Of a stretch of DNA of 64,000 nt, positions 29,253-39,296 are shown piece after piece (the first letter of the stretch is position 1; the number at the start of each line of letters is the position of its first letter). The stretch lies in IMG/VR virus record IMGVR_UViG_3300010049_000003; one strand, given 5' to 3'. The position numbers and the translations under genes are program-made. Origin of the DNA: an uncultured virus (IMG/VR IMGVR_UViG_3300010049_000003). Lineage: Duplodnaviria; Heunggongvirae; Uroviricota; Caudoviricetes. The notes beneath the pieces are model-generated. The model searched no databases. It saw only the letters and a program-made list of their open reading frames with translations, and was not told the origin of the DNA.

Positions 29253-31099
29253 AATGATGCCTCATACCAGTTAATGCCGAGCCCATACTCTGTAAGAATC
29301 GGGATTCGGTATTCTAGGGGATATTTTCCTATGCCAGTGAAATCTTCTAGCAGCTCCTTTATGTTACTGTCAAGTATTTTCTGTCGCCCAAATTGCATTG
29401 ATAGATCAAATTCGTCATGGACCAGTAACGCCAGCCGTGCGCCTCTATCCTTCACCAGTTTATGTAACTCAATAGTCTTTACCTTCATGGATTCGGCGGC
29501 CTGGGACTGGTATAAAATTCCTGCGGCCTTATAGGCGTTATCGTTATGGAACCTGAGCCGACGTCCCAACTGAGTTTTAATATAGCCCCGTGATCGAGCG
29601 ACGCTTGCAACGCTTTCCTTAATTCGGTTAGCTCCTGGGATGTTATCATGATACTTAGCGAAAAGCGACTGTGCTTCGGGTCCTGCGACATAAAATCCCT
29701 TTTCATTCCGGGTATACGGTAGCCCCATTTCCTTAGCCATGCGCCCCGCCGACATACCAAAGATTAGACCGAGATTCATCTGCTTTGCGTTCGCGCCCCC
29801 CGTTTTTTGGTCTCGATCACGCGGTAGTCCTGTAATAGTTGCTGTAATCCCATGGAAATCAGCCGCCGGGTTTTTAACGTATACCTCATTGATTCGGGGG
29901 TCATTAAGGTAATGCGCAAACATCCGAAAGTCCTTTTGAGACCAGTCAAAACATCCCCATTCACAATCAGGGTCAGGGATGAAACATGCACGCACGATCG
30001 CAGCCATTGCCTTGTTACGTTTGTTAATTTGCTGCAGGGCGGGATCGGTGACACTGAAACGGCCCGTGTAAGTCCCATCCCCCTCCTCGGAACGAGTCTG
30101 GTTGAAGTTGGCATGTACGTACCCTTTATGGTGCATTTCACATATATACTTCTGCAGGAACACGTCGCGGGCCTTAATGAAACCCCGGATCTGTGCAATC
30201 AGTGCTGCTGCCGGATTCTTGCACTGGTATAGGTTAGCGTTGCGTAGCTGCCCCGATTTGCCAGATTCCGTGGGTTCTAACAGCACACCACATTTGGTAT
30301 ACCAGCGTCCGTCGCTAGCCTTATGCACTCCTAGCAACTCTTTTACCTGTGGCTGGCTGTTGACGTTAATAGGGTGACCCGCTAACTTATCTAGTGATTG
30401 CTGGGATTCATGAACTGCCTGCGTCATCTGCGGGATTGCTTCTTCTGCCCTGGCCACGTCCACTCGCACACCCCCGCGTTCCATGTCCACGATGACTTCT
30501 AATAATTCTCTTTCCATTGTGGCTACTAGATTAAGCCCCTGGAGGCGTATCTCTGTCTCCTGCGCCTCCCAGTTACGCAACGCGAGTTCAGCATCCTTCT
30601 TAGCATATGCTTCGACGACATGGAAGGGTGCACGATGGAGGTTAGTTGCCTGTGCCTCTTTAGTAGGTTTGCCGTCGTATAAAGTAGCGAGATCAGCCCA
30701 CGGATCGGCTTTATGCTCCCCGAACCTACGCTGGGATACCGCGTCCAGCGAATAATCATATTCGTCCTCGTGTAGCAGGCATTCTCTTATCATGCTACAG
30801 TCCGCAGCCCCCGCCGCCAGTGGGATGTTTGATTCCCGCAGCATGTGCATGTCGTACTTGAGGTACCAGCCAGTCACCCTGCCTAGTTTCGGGATAACAT
30901 CCAGGCACCAGCGGCGGGTGCTTTCGTCACGCACGTCGCCATACCAGGAACAGAGCTTGTTCTGGTTGTCGCGCCATGCGAGGGATATACCAAATACGCG
31001 ATCCTTGCGTACCCAGTCCAGGCCCGTGCACTCCGTGTCCAATGCAACTATGGGCCGAGACAACAGGATGCTAGCATTAGGAGTGGATATCGTAGCCAT
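29249..31099 (-). CDS. dpoZ: Family A DNA polymerase with 3'-5' exonuclease, DpoZ-like
   Basis: Exo I 'ALDTE', 'TGRFS..P.LQQI', motif A 'DWSQKDFR', motif B 'AKQMNLGLIFG', motif C 'VHDE'; stop overlaps purZ start. Confidence 0.8.
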   Translation of the reverse strand: MATISTPNASILLSRPIVALDTECTGLDWVRKDRVFGISLAWRDNQNKLCSWYGDVRDESTRRWCLDVIPKLGRVTGWYLKYDMHMLRESNIPLAAGAADCSMIRECLLHEDEYDYSLDAVSQRRFGEHKADPWADLATLYDGKPTKEAQATNLHRAPFHVVEAYAKKDAELALRNWEAQETEIRLQGLNLVATMERELLEVIVDMERGGVRVDVARAEEAIPQMTQAVHESQQSLDKLAGHPINVNSQPQVKELLGVHKASDGRWYTKCGVLLEPTESGKSGQLRNANLYQCKNPAAALIAQIRGFIKARDVFLQKYICEMHHKGYVHANFNQTRSEEGDGTYTGRFSVTDPALQQINKRNKAMAAIVRACFIPDPDCEWGCFDWSQKDFRMFAHYLNDPRINEVYVKNPAADFHGITATITGLPRDRDQKTGGANAKQMNLGLIFGMSAGRMAKEMGLPYTRNEKGFYVAGPEAQSLFAKYHDNIPGANRIKESVASVARSRGYIKTQLGRRLRFHNDNAYKAAGILYQSQAAESMKVKTIELHKLVKDRGARLALLVHDEFDLSMQFGRQKILDSNIKELLEDFTGIGKYPLEYRIPILTEYGLGINWYEASL

Positions 31100-32507
31100 T
31101 ATCCGTCCCCTCGTAAGTAACGAGTTCTTCCCGTGCCCGGGTCACACCCACATAGAAAAGACGGTGTTGGTTATCGGGACTATCTAATGACTGCAGAGAA
31201 GCGGCTGATGATTGGCCTAGCGACAGGTGAACAATCTCACCCTCCCTACCTTTTGCCCCGTGGATCGTAGATAACCTAGTTTCCACTGGCTGGGACAGGT
31301 CCACATTATACAGATAGTCCTGGTGCGCGGGCCTTACCCGTAACATTGTGAGATCTCTCTTTACTAGCCGTGCCATTACCGCAAGGTGACCTACTGAGTC
31401 CCAGATGGCGGCTCCGTGTTTTGACAGGGCGGATTTGATGAATGCTCGACGCTCAGCCCAATCTTCTGCGTTTCCCGGGGGCGGAGATATAGCCAGCTTA
31501 AGTACGCGGCCTGCTTTAATGTCAAGAGGTCCAGGTAATCCGGACACCACCGTATAAGGAACGAGGTCAGAGATGAGGTCCCGTTCAATTTCATCTCGTA
31601 TGAAACGGTCACTATACAGAATGAGATTGTCCTTACCAGCTTTAAGCTGCTTGGTAATGTAACCCGCATCCGCGAAGTTCGAACAGCGCCCTTCAGCTTC
31701 TCTTGGCTTGTATACGACCCGGACGCGGTTTTTGATCCTGTCAATGACTCTGGACGCAACCGCATGTACAACACGTGGAACTCTATAGCTCTGCTCCAGC
31801 ACCTGATAAGCAGTCTTGAACTCGTCGTGAAACGCATGGATGCCCAGGGGATCCGCCCCCATGTAAGCGTAAATTGATTGGTCTTCATCACCTGCCACCA
31901 GTACCCGGCAATCGGGGTTTAAAGTCATGACATGCCGTATTACTTTCCAATGAAGCGGCGTGAGGTCCTGTGCCTCATCCACAGCGAGTAAGCGAAGATT
32001 GGTGCCACGCTTACAGTTAAGATAGCGATCCAACATATCAGAGAAATCAATGTACCCATGCTCTTTCTTCCACATGTCGTATGACCTGCAGAACGATTGG
32101 AAATGGGGCCAGGTACCGCCAAACGTGCGCAGCTTCTCCACCTCCTGCGATATGGGGACCATTTTCGATCGGGCGCGAGACATGATTTGTACATATTGGG
32201 CACCCGTGCCCCCATCCTCCAGGTCCAGCCCAAAGTCTTCCATAAAAGGTTGAAGGTTATAATTGTCCACCACATAGCCTTTACCCATCTGCCGATGGCA
32301 GAAGCTATGCATAGTTGATGTTATCACTCGCTGGTTGAACCCGGGGCCATCGACCCAGCGCGAACGGGCTTCCTCAGCCGCAGCATTGGTATGGCTGATG
32401 AAAAGAATGTTATGATCCGGATTCTCATTATGATGAGCACGGACCTTGTTCGCTAGCTCCGACGTCTTCCCAGTGCCGGGGGGCCCTATAATTACTTCAT
32501 GCCTCAT
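31077..32507 (-). CDS. UvrD/Rep-like superfamily 1 helicase
   Basis: GPPGTGKT, VDEAQD, GDEDQSIY, QSYR, STIHGAKGRE, YVGVTRA. Confidence 0.92.
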   Translation of the reverse strand: MRHEVIIGPPGTGKTSELANKVRAHHNENPDHNILFISHTNAAAEEARSRWVDGPGFNQRVITSTMHSFCHRQMGKGYVVDNYNLQPFMEDFGLDLEDGGTGAQYVQIMSRARSKMVPISQEVEKLRTFGGTWPHFQSFCRSYDMWKKEHGYIDFSDMLDRYLNCKRGTNLRLLAVDEAQDLTPLHWKVIRHVMTLNPDCRVLVAGDEDQSIYAYMGADPLGIHAFHDEFKTAYQVLEQSYRVPRVVHAVASRVIDRIKNRVRVVYKPREAEGRCSNFADAGYITKQLKAGKDNLILYSDRFIRDEIERDLISDLVPYTVVSGLPGPLDIKAGRVLKLAISPPPGNAEDWAERRAFIKSALSKHGAAIWDSVGHLAVMARLVKRDLTMLRVRPAHQDYLYNVDLSQPVETRLSTIHGAKGREGEIVHLSLGQSSAASLQSLDSPDNQHRLFYVGVTRAREELVTYEGTDNGYDIHS

Positions 32508-32510
32508 ACG

Positions 32511-32717
32511 CTATCCTTTCAACAACTCATGAATGCCTATTGCGATCAACGCAAGCATGGCGACGAACGCCAGGGTACTCAGGAGTACAACAATGAGCAC
32601 GAGTATAAAGTTCGCGGCATCTCGCAACCGCTCACTCAAAGGAGGTCCAGTCCCCTCACCGCTCATAAGAACATGTCTAGAATTGATCAGATGGGGGCAC
32701 CGGGGACCGGACCACAT
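32511..32717 (-). CDS. Small membrane protein
   Basis: One long hydrophobic segment; fills the gap in the - strand operon. Confidence 0.5.
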   Translation of the reverse strand: MWSGPRCPHLINSRHVLMSGEGTGPPLSERLRDAANFILVLIVVLLSTLAFVAMLALIAIGIHELLKG

Positions 32718-32723
32718 TAGAAC

Positions 32724-33512
32724 TTAATACTCAGTTGATGCCGGATTTGTGGCCGGCTCGTCGTACTTATCATCAACGACGGTCCGTATCGTCCCGCTTT
32801 TCATGCCCATGTAGATGGCTTCGGCTTCTTTATAGGCTTTGATGGGGGCCCACTTCCCGGGCAGTACCGCGAAATTTTTGTACTTCTGTCCCTGGTTATT
32901 GGTCTCATCTACCACCATTAGGATGTAGGAGCGAGAAAACCGGTCACCGCCCCCAAGCCGGATCAATGAGTTCCAGTTACGTGAAACCTTCCCTTTGGAA
33001 GTGGTTACGCCCATGGAAATCACTGCCTGCTCGGTGTCCCCGTTTTCCTTCAGAACCAGCACATAATGCTGATGCGTATCCTTAGCCTCATACTCGTCAG
33101 GCTTTTCCTGCTCAGCAATGCGCTTCTCGGCGTCTTCCAGCATGGGAAAAGTGCCACGAAAGCCACCACCTTTGCTCCGGTCACGCCATACCAGCCAGTC
33201 CTTTTTGAATAGAACGGGAACTACCCGTACCTTTGGCCCGTACACCTGCCGAGTCACCGAATTATAGATGTCTCCCACCTCACAGCCTTCAATGTAGGCT
33301 GAGTGGGTCTTATCCACTGCCGGTGACAATGCCTGTGCGATCTCGAGCCTCGGGATTACCAGGTCGTCAACACCTACCTGCTCTGAGCCACGCGACGGAC
33401 CATGCCGCATATAATCCGGCATTACTTCCTGCGTGCTGGGCTCTGCAGGCAACTGATCCACTGGCTTGGTTGCGGTCACGCTCTTGCTCGCCACACTCGG
33501 TTTGCTAGCCAT
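32724..33512 (-). CDS. Putative single-stranded DNA-binding protein
   Basis: Likely start MASKP at 33512; 'DDLVIPRL.I.Q.LSP', 'W..R..GGGF', acidic/aromatic tail; replication context. Confidence 0.55.
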   Translation of the reverse strand: MASKPSVASKSVTATKPVDQLPAEPSTQEVMPDYMRHGPSRGSEQVGVDDLVIPRLEIAQALSPAVDKTHSAYIEGCEVGDIYNSVTRQVYGPKVRVVPVLFKKDWLVWRDRSKGGGFRGTFPMLEDAEKRIAEQEKPDEYEAKDTHQHYVLVLKENGDTEQAVISMGVTTSKGKVSRNWNSLIRLGGGDRFSRSYILMVVDETNNQGQKYKNFAVLPGKWAPIKAYKEAEAIYMGMKSGTIRTVVDDKYDEPATNPASTEY

Positions 33513-33756
33513 TTGATACCTCTGTCTGACGCTTCTGATAATCACCACACCAGTCAGTCGGGGAAACGTCGGGCCACGCTGACGTGGAAGCCCACTGCAG
33601 ACCAGAGGGCTTGGGTAAAGCGATAGCGAATACACGGGGCGCACACTTGCGGCAAATCATGGAGCCACCAGTAACTGTCTGCAAGATGCCCATCCATTGG
33701 CAAGTGCGACAGGCACGCCCCTGTGGGAACTCCTGGGGTATAACGCTCTTTTCCAT
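33505..33756 (-). CDS. Small Cys-rich protein (CxxC...C..P...WP.V...WCG)
   Basis: Motif pattern; coupled to neighbours. Confidence 0.65.
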   Translation of the reverse strand: MEKSVIPQEFPQGRACRTCQWMGILQTVTGGSMICRKCAPRVFAIALPKPSGLQWASTSAWPDVSPTDWCGDYQKRQTEVSNG

Positions 33757-34268
33757 CAGGTCTTCACCCCGCTGCGTGTAATAACGGCCCGGACCAGCGG
33801 CGTCACCGTTATCGATTCTGGCAGGTCTTTTACTTCCTTGATGCGCTCACGGACGAATGCCGCCAGGGTCTGGTTATTCACCGTGGGTTTGATCATGTCT
33901 TCGAAGTCGTTAGCCGTCAGCCATTTTCGCAAGCCATCGGGGTCGTCCACTTTTACAGATACATCGTTCTGGAGGTTCACCCGTCCGATGCCCGCAAGAG
34001 TAACTGATGGCATCCCTGCTTCGTCCATCAGGGTCGGGATGGTAGTGAAGCGCAGGGTGTCATACGCCTTTTCGCACGGCGTCTTTACATTGGCCTGGAG
34101 CAGCTCCTTGAACCGGAATAAGGCATCCATCATCTTGACAGCCACTTGTACTGACTCCAATTTGCGGCCCCCTTCATCGTTAAGTAATGATGCCCGTTCC
34201 GCCACATAAGTTGCTAATGTCTCGATTGCCGTCATAGCAGTCTCAGGTTTCACATGGAAGTCATACAT
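33756..34268 (-). CDS. Phage replication-region hypothetical protein
   Basis: Likely start MYDF; 'IP.LM.E.G..S.TL', 'TVN.QTL.AFVRE'. Confidence 0.7.
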   Translation of the reverse strand: MYDFHVKPETAMTAIETLATYVAERASLLNDEGGRKLESVQVAVKMMDALFRFKELLQANVKTPCEKAYDTLRFTTIPTLMDEAGMPSVTLAGIGRVNLQNDVSVKVDDPDGLRKWLTANDFEDMIKPTVNNQTLAAFVRERIKEVKDLPESITVTPLVRAVITRSGVKT

Positions 34269-34269
34269 A

Positions 34270-34566
34270 TTAGAATCCTTTATCTGCAAACACGCCATCG
34301 ATATCCGGCCCCCGCGTCTGGTACCTCCAGAAGTTTGGTGGGCCCGGGTTCTGGGCCGACATGCCAACGGCCATCAGGGCCGAGATTATCACCCACTTAC
34401 CGTTTTTGTCCAGTATCGAGTCCTCAATTACGTAGCCTGCCTGCCCTGGTGGATGCCAGCACGCCTCAACAATCTCTCCCATAGGCGGTAACTGGGCAGC
34501 AGTAATGCGCCAGCGCCTATCCGCCCTATGGGCCCGCTCCTGTTCTTCCTTTATATCCTTACTCAT
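34270..34566 (-). CDS. Hypothetical protein
   Basis: Co-oriented and coupled in the operon. Confidence 0.55.
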   Translation of the reverse strand: MSKDIKEEQERAHRADRRWRITAAQLPPMGEIVEACWHPPGQAGYVIEDSILDKNGKWVIISALMAVGMSAQNPGPPNFWRYQTRGPDIDGVFADKGF

Positions 34567-34982
34567 ACGCGCTTTCTGACTCCTAGTCCGATTAGGCCAA
34601 GGATGAATAGCACCAGGCTCGAGGGCTCAGGTATGCTGGCACGCTTAGCGTGGTCATCTTTAATATCCCAATCCATTTCCGCAGGAAAGCTACCGCCACC
34701 TGCACCCGTGCTCGCGTCGGTCGGCGCGTCGGGCTCAGGCGGCACGAGCCCGCAACCGTCCATGCCGAAGCATGCTACCGGGGGATTGAGCGCACCAGAC
34801 TCGATGAGCATTTGTACATACTTTTCTACGAGATCGGCATCACCGAATGCCTCCAGCCATATAGAAATGCTCTGCTTATCCTTCGGCTGTTCTGCGTCCT
34901 TTGCCTGCTGCGCAGAGGCCACGTTAGCCGTGGCACAAAGGCAGAGAGTAGCGAGCCGTGTATACATAACGTATCTCCTCAT
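34563..34982 (-). CDS. PEP-CTERM sorting-domain protein
   Basis: N-terminal signal peptide (..ANVASA); C-terminal IPEPSSL + transmembrane helix + RKR. Confidence 0.85.
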   Translation of the reverse strand: MRRYVMYTRLATLCLCATANVASAQQAKDAEQPKDKQSISIWLEAFGDADLVEKYVQMLIESGALNPPVACFGMDGCGLVPPEPDAPTDASTGAGGGSFPAEMDWDIKDDHAKRASIPEPSSLVLFILGLIGLGVRKRV

Positions 34983-35344
34983 ATTTCAAGCTCATAGCAA
35001 TGGTACTTCTGAGCACGTGCATCCCAGCCCAGCAACTTGTGAGTCGGACCGAGTTGTGCCAACAACATCCCGACTAGCAGCATTTTGGTGGGGGCCCCGG
35101 TCGGGATCACGTAATCCCTGCCGGGGATGTAATCACGAAGCTCGCCACGAAGCTGCTTGATCGCATTCGTATTCCACTCGTTGCGATCGTTCGGCGCGGA
35201 AGGCGCAAGCCGAACAGACCGCATAAAATACAGGGTACCGAATGCGGCGGCAGGGCTATAATCGAAGGGTTGTTGGTCTACGACGTAGACCATCGGTTCG
35301 TTATCCGCCATGGCTGCTCCGATATCGTTCGAATGCGTATTCAA
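34979..35344 (-). CDS. Hypothetical protein
   Basis: Compact alpha/beta-looking ORF coupled in the operon. Confidence 0.65.
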   Translation of the reverse strand: MNTHSNDIGAAMADNEPMVYVVDQQPFDYSPAAAFGTLYFMRSVRLAPSAPNDRNEWNTNAIKQLRGELRDYIPGRDYVIPTGAPTKMLLVGMLLAQLGPTHKLLGWDARAQKYHCYELEI

Positions 35345-35626
35345 TCACGCCTCCTCTTTGGGCGTCAAGAGGTCGCCCGCGAGCCTTGCATATCCCTCTA
35401 TGTCATGCCATGAGTCCCTGTTGTTTGAGTCCCCGCACACGAGCCGCGCCATCTTTAAACAGATCATCTCGAGTGCTTCATATTTATAGCACTCCATATC
35501 CGTTTTCGCATAGGCACGAATAATGGTTCTGAGCCGTTGCGCGCAGTCGGACATTCTCAGAAAATCTCCATACTTGGACCCACGATCAATTAGAGTCAGG
35601 CTTACTGGCACAGGATAGAGACTCAT
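35345..35626 (-). CDS. DUF6378-like small phage protein
   Basis: 'RG..YGDF', 'M...K.AR...G.....DSW.DI.GYA'. Confidence 0.75.
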   Translation of the reverse strand: MSLYPVPVSLTLIDRGSKYGDFLRMSDCAQRLRTIIRAYAKTDMECYKYEALEMICLKMARLVCGDSNNRDSWHDIEGYARLAGDLLTPKEEA

Positions 35627-37332
35627 ATAAGCTCCTTGATGGATTCTACACCGGCTTCATCCAGGGCCTTCGCTATGAACTTGTCCATGTCCAGCTTAGC
35701 CTGTAGTGCCGCTTTGAACAAATTGTCGACGGATTTCTCCATCCGACAATCGACATATAGAACTTCGTTGTGCTGCCCAATGCGGTGCAGCCTGTCCTCA
35801 CTCTGTATTCTATCTTCGAGGGAAAAAGTGTTTGAGTAATAGAATGAGTAGTGAGCGGCGGTGAGCGTTATCCCAATGCCTCCCGTCTGTTGGTTCCCGA
35901 CGATGTATCGTAACCCATGCTCCTGAAATTGTTTAATGACATTCGCCCGGTGTTCTACAGAAGTGCTGCCAATCAGCCTGCCGACCGGACGCGACAGGAT
36001 ATCAGTTATGGCCCGTTCCATCTGCTCCACTTCCCACAGGTGCTTGGCCCAGAACACACACTTTGCATCCCCGATCTCCTCAATGAACTCCAACATTGCC
36101 TGGATTTTCGGGTTATCCTTCAGCGGCATGGCCCAGATGATTTTACCCTCCATCTTCCGCTCCCGGCCCGTTACCGGATCGATCACCTTTCGAGGGTCCT
36201 CTTTCAAGTAACCACCCGCAATCTGCGCCAACTTCTCCACCCGATTCAGGATGTTAGCAACTGAAATTCCTTCGGTGTAGCCACCTTTAGTCCTGGTGTA
36301 CATCAGGCGCTGTTGCGGTAGCATTGACACCCAGCGTTCAGAGTACAGCTTGGCAGGAATCCCCTCCGGCTTGTCACAGCGGTAGCTATAAGGCTCGATC
36401 AGGCCCATAAGCTCATCCACGTGATCGTAACCCACCACTTGCTTCATCTTATATCCGCCCATTCTGCAGTAGCGAGAACGGAATGCGTAGAAATCGCCCA
36501 GGCCGATTATGTTAGGATCCAGGAATTCAAACTGCGCATATAGGTCGACCAGTGTATTCACTGCTGGCGTGCCGCTGGCGATCAAACGCATCTTCGCCAT
36601 CTGCCCAAGCTCCATAGCTCGCTCAGTCCTGATAGCTTTGTGATTTTTTATCCTGCTCGACTCATCCACCAGCAACCCAAACTTTCTACCCGCCAACAAC
36701 TCGGTAAGCTTATGAAACATGCCCCCCTGTGACAGAGACTCGATGCCCACTATCAGCCACGTGAAACGGGGCCGGTCGATGCGCAGTCCTTTCTGGATCG
36801 GAGGTGTGAGTGCCTGCCACAGGTGTGGGCAGTATTTAGCTATCTGGCCGTCCTCGCCCGCCCATACGGTTGTAACTGTCAGGGGGCATAACACCACTGC
36901 CAAATCGATACAGTTCTCAGTGAACGCCTGGGAAAATATGCTGATAGCCACGTATGACTTTCCAGCCCCGGGCCGCATGAACAAGGCTCCACAGTTCTCT
37001 CTGAAGATCTTGTGAATGGCCTTTCGCTGATCAGGGAACGGCTCGACCGGGAATTCGTAGTTAGAAGGAAACTGACGGCCCAGATGTGTAGGGTACGCCG
37101 TCTGTGTCATCAGGCTGCGAATTGTGTATGACGTGCTCAGGTCAAACTTACCAACTTTATTCGCCTCCATTATTTGCAACATATTTACCCGCGTCATGGG
37201 GATGACAAATACTCCCCGGGCCGGCATCCAGCGTCGGGAAGGCAGCATCATCATAGTATTACCTTCTTCCCAATTTCCGGCCTTGATAACAAGCCGATTT
37301 TTAGTTTCTTCATACTCTATAGTAGCCATCAA
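35623..37332 (-). CDS. SNF2-family helicase
   Basis: 'MRPGAGKS', 'VDESS.IKN', 'SGTP', 'GGIGITLTAA', 'QSEDRLHRIGQ'. Confidence 0.92.
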   Translation of the reverse strand: MMATIEYEETKNRLVIKAGNWEEGNTMMMLPSRRWMPARGVFVIPMTRVNMLQIMEANKVGKFDLSTSYTIRSLMTQTAYPTHLGRQFPSNYEFPVEPFPDQRKAIHKIFRENCGALFMRPGAGKSYVAISIFSQAFTENCIDLAVVLCPLTVTTVWAGEDGQIAKYCPHLWQALTPPIQKGLRIDRPRFTWLIVGIESLSQGGMFHKLTELLAGRKFGLLVDESSRIKNHKAIRTERAMELGQMAKMRLIASGTPAVNTLVDLYAQFEFLDPNIIGLGDFYAFRSRYCRMGGYKMKQVVGYDHVDELMGLIEPYSYRCDKPEGIPAKLYSERWVSMLPQQRLMYTRTKGGYTEGISVANILNRVEKLAQIAGGYLKEDPRKVIDPVTGRERKMEGKIIWAMPLKDNPKIQAMLEFIEEIGDAKCVFWAKHLWEVEQMERAITDILSRPVGRLIGSTSVEHRANVIKQFQEHGLRYIVGNQQTGGIGITLTAAHYSFYYSNTFSLEDRIQSEDRLHRIGQHNEVLYVDCRMEKSVDNLFKAALQAKLDMDKFIAKALDEAGVESIKELI

Positions 37333-38909
37333 TACTCCAGTTTGGTTTGGACATCTGGTACCGGTTCATCCGCCATGTGCGCTTCAGGAATGCACCACAC
37401 GTTTGATACGGTCGTATTCACGACCCGTAGCTTGTTGCGTTTAAGACTTTTATCTAAGATTTTACCTAAGATCGTGTGTATTTGATAATCCGGCACAGTG
37501 AGCTGCTTCCTTCTTCGTAAATGTTCGATGAAGTCAGTGGCCCGAAAAGCATAAAACCATTCCCGTTCCCCTGTAAGACTCGTAATGCAGATGAATGTCG
37601 GTGTACCCCGTTGTAGCGCCTGTCTTCTTATATCCTCCGCCAAATTTTTATCAGGTATTACTCGCTTACAAAAATCATGCACTCGATCAAGATACATGTC
37701 GTCCATCGTCGTGGATTGCACTACCTCCATATTATTATGAGCCAGGATATCTTTTAAATATTGGTCCCACTCGTCATTTTTCATACGCGGGGACAGGAAG
37801 TTTAGACGCTCGGCTACCGCCTGCCGGTACATATTATACTCAAATAATTGCGGTGTGGTGAGTTCAATTATTTTTTCCTTGATCGTAAGCCGCCATAGCA
37901 CTGGCGTACCCATAATTTTTTCTACTTTATCAATTACCGGTATTTCATTGGCACGCTCGTCGGTCGGTGTTACACCATATGTCCTAGTTTTACATAGTTC
38001 GCGATTGCATAGCGACCGGCACGGTTCCTCACGGCATTTATACTGATATTGCCTACGGTGAATTGACCCCGCTATTTGCCGCACTTCCCTCGTTTCCAGG
38101 GGGGTGACTAGTGCCATTTTGTTAAACATATCCAGTCGATGCCGCCAGTCGTCAGGAAAGGCCCGTTGTAAAAATACTCCACCTTGGAACACAGCGGTGT
38201 TTCTACCTCCTTGTTCCACTGGTGACTCTAACATCTTCTGCAGGCACGGCGGGCCCACATCGAAATCTCCCACAGCCTGCTTCTCAAATTGCTTCAATAG
38301 GCAGCGTTTGCCTTCAGCCAATTCAATGAAATAGTCGAGTGTTACTATTTTACCACCATCCACGCAGTAACGCTCAGAATTCGCTGTGTCGTAGTATGGC
38401 AAGTTGATCCAGCTACCGAGGGGCCGGTCGCCGTCTCTTTGGTCGAGCGTAGACTGCTTTGGGAAGACTTCAGACCCGGGACAGCCCAGGAGAACCTCCC
38501 AGCGTGCCAGCATCACCCGCACGTCACCCGCTCGCTGCGGCTCCTTGAAGAATACATAACAATGTGCGCCACCGGACTTAGATCGGCAGACTATAAGGGG
38601 TAACTCATTTCTTCGGACCTTCTCTTCGATTTCAAAGATGTCCACCTTTTCCTTGCCCCGAACGTGATCTTCTCCTTTTACATCAATATCGATTGCCGCG
38701 AACCAACAGGTGCAATCGTCTAAGATTGGCACCAGCCCCAGGCCGATCGTCCCTTCTAGATGCTCAATAAAGTGATCGATTTTATATGGACTTTTAATAG
38801 TTTGAGGCTTCTTTGTCCTAGCGTTATACTGCCCAAAGCATCGGGTATTACCTTGAAATAATGCCATGAATCTTTTTACTAATTCCTGATCGAGTTCAAT
38901 TGTTTCCAT
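37329..38909 (-). CDS. Primase (AEP-like with PriCT-type domain)
   Basis: 'AIDID', 'RSKSGGAH', 'E.FPKQ', 'INLPY', 'PPCL...G.RN', Cys cluster. Confidence 0.8.
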   Translation of the reverse strand: METIELDQELVKRFMALFQGNTRCFGQYNARTKKPQTIKSPYKIDHFIEHLEGTIGLGLVPILDDCTCWFAAIDIDVKGEDHVRGKEKVDIFEIEEKVRRNELPLIVCRSKSGGAHCYVFFKEPQRAGDVRVMLARWEVLLGCPGSEVFPKQSTLDQRDGDRPLGSWINLPYYDTANSERYCVDGGKIVTLDYFIELAEGKRCLLKQFEKQAVGDFDVGPPCLQKMLESPVEQGGRNTAVFQGGVFLQRAFPDDWRHRLDMFNKMALVTPLETREVRQIAGSIHRRQYQYKCREEPCRSLCNRELCKTRTYGVTPTDERANEIPVIDKVEKIMGTPVLWRLTIKEKIIELTTPQLFEYNMYRQAVAERLNFLSPRMKNDEWDQYLKDILAHNNMEVVQSTTMDDMYLDRVHDFCKRVIPDKNLAEDIRRQALQRGTPTFICITSLTGEREWFYAFRATDFIEHLRRRKQLTVPDYQIHTILGKILDKSLKRNKLRVVNTTVSNVWCIPEAHMADEPVPDVQTKLEY

Positions 38910-39246
38910 GGCGTTTTAACTCCTGCTCGAGGGCCTTCTGCTCATGGATGCTATCAGTCATGGGTACAATAGTTTCCCGCGACTGCAGAATTGTACGAAA
39001 ACGCCTTCGGTAGGTAAAACACTCACGGCACACCAGATCACAGCGTTCGATCTGAGCCAGCACAGCGCCCCACGAGTGATTAGCATGCATGCTGATCCGA
39101 AAACTTGGCAGGTCCAGGCCCCGCACCTGATCCCAACACATTTCCATCGGTGGGAACGTCCGCCCACAACACGTACAAGGGCCAGACTTCAGATGCTCAA
39201 GCATTTCCTTACGGTTTTTCCTTCGACGTTGAGTAGTCGACGGCAT
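38896..39246 (-). CDS. HNH-like zinc-binding protein, possibly catalytically degenerate
   Basis: 'GPC.CCG..FP...M.WDQ', 'C.LVC.EC'; the expected DH is DQ. Confidence 0.55.
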   Translation of the reverse strand: MPSTTQRRRKNRKEMLEHLKSGPCTCCGRTFPPMEMCWDQVRGLDLPSFRISMHANHSWGAVLAQIERCDLVCRECFTYRRRFRTILQSRETIVPMTDSIHEQKALEQELKRHGNN

Positions 39247-39262
39247 TTGGAGTCCTCCATAA

Positions 39263-39288
39263 GACCCCCCGGGGTTGGCCCGGGGGGC
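39263..39288 (-). terminator. GC-rich hairpin downstream of the 39297 ORF
   Basis: ccccccggg / cccgggggg inverted repeat; only a weak U-tract. Confidence 0.4.
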
Positions 39289-39296
39289 GGCTAAGG

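Noticed and set aside
38896..39246. Active homing endonuclease or mobile element
   Set aside because: Catalytic His appears substituted and no intron context is visible
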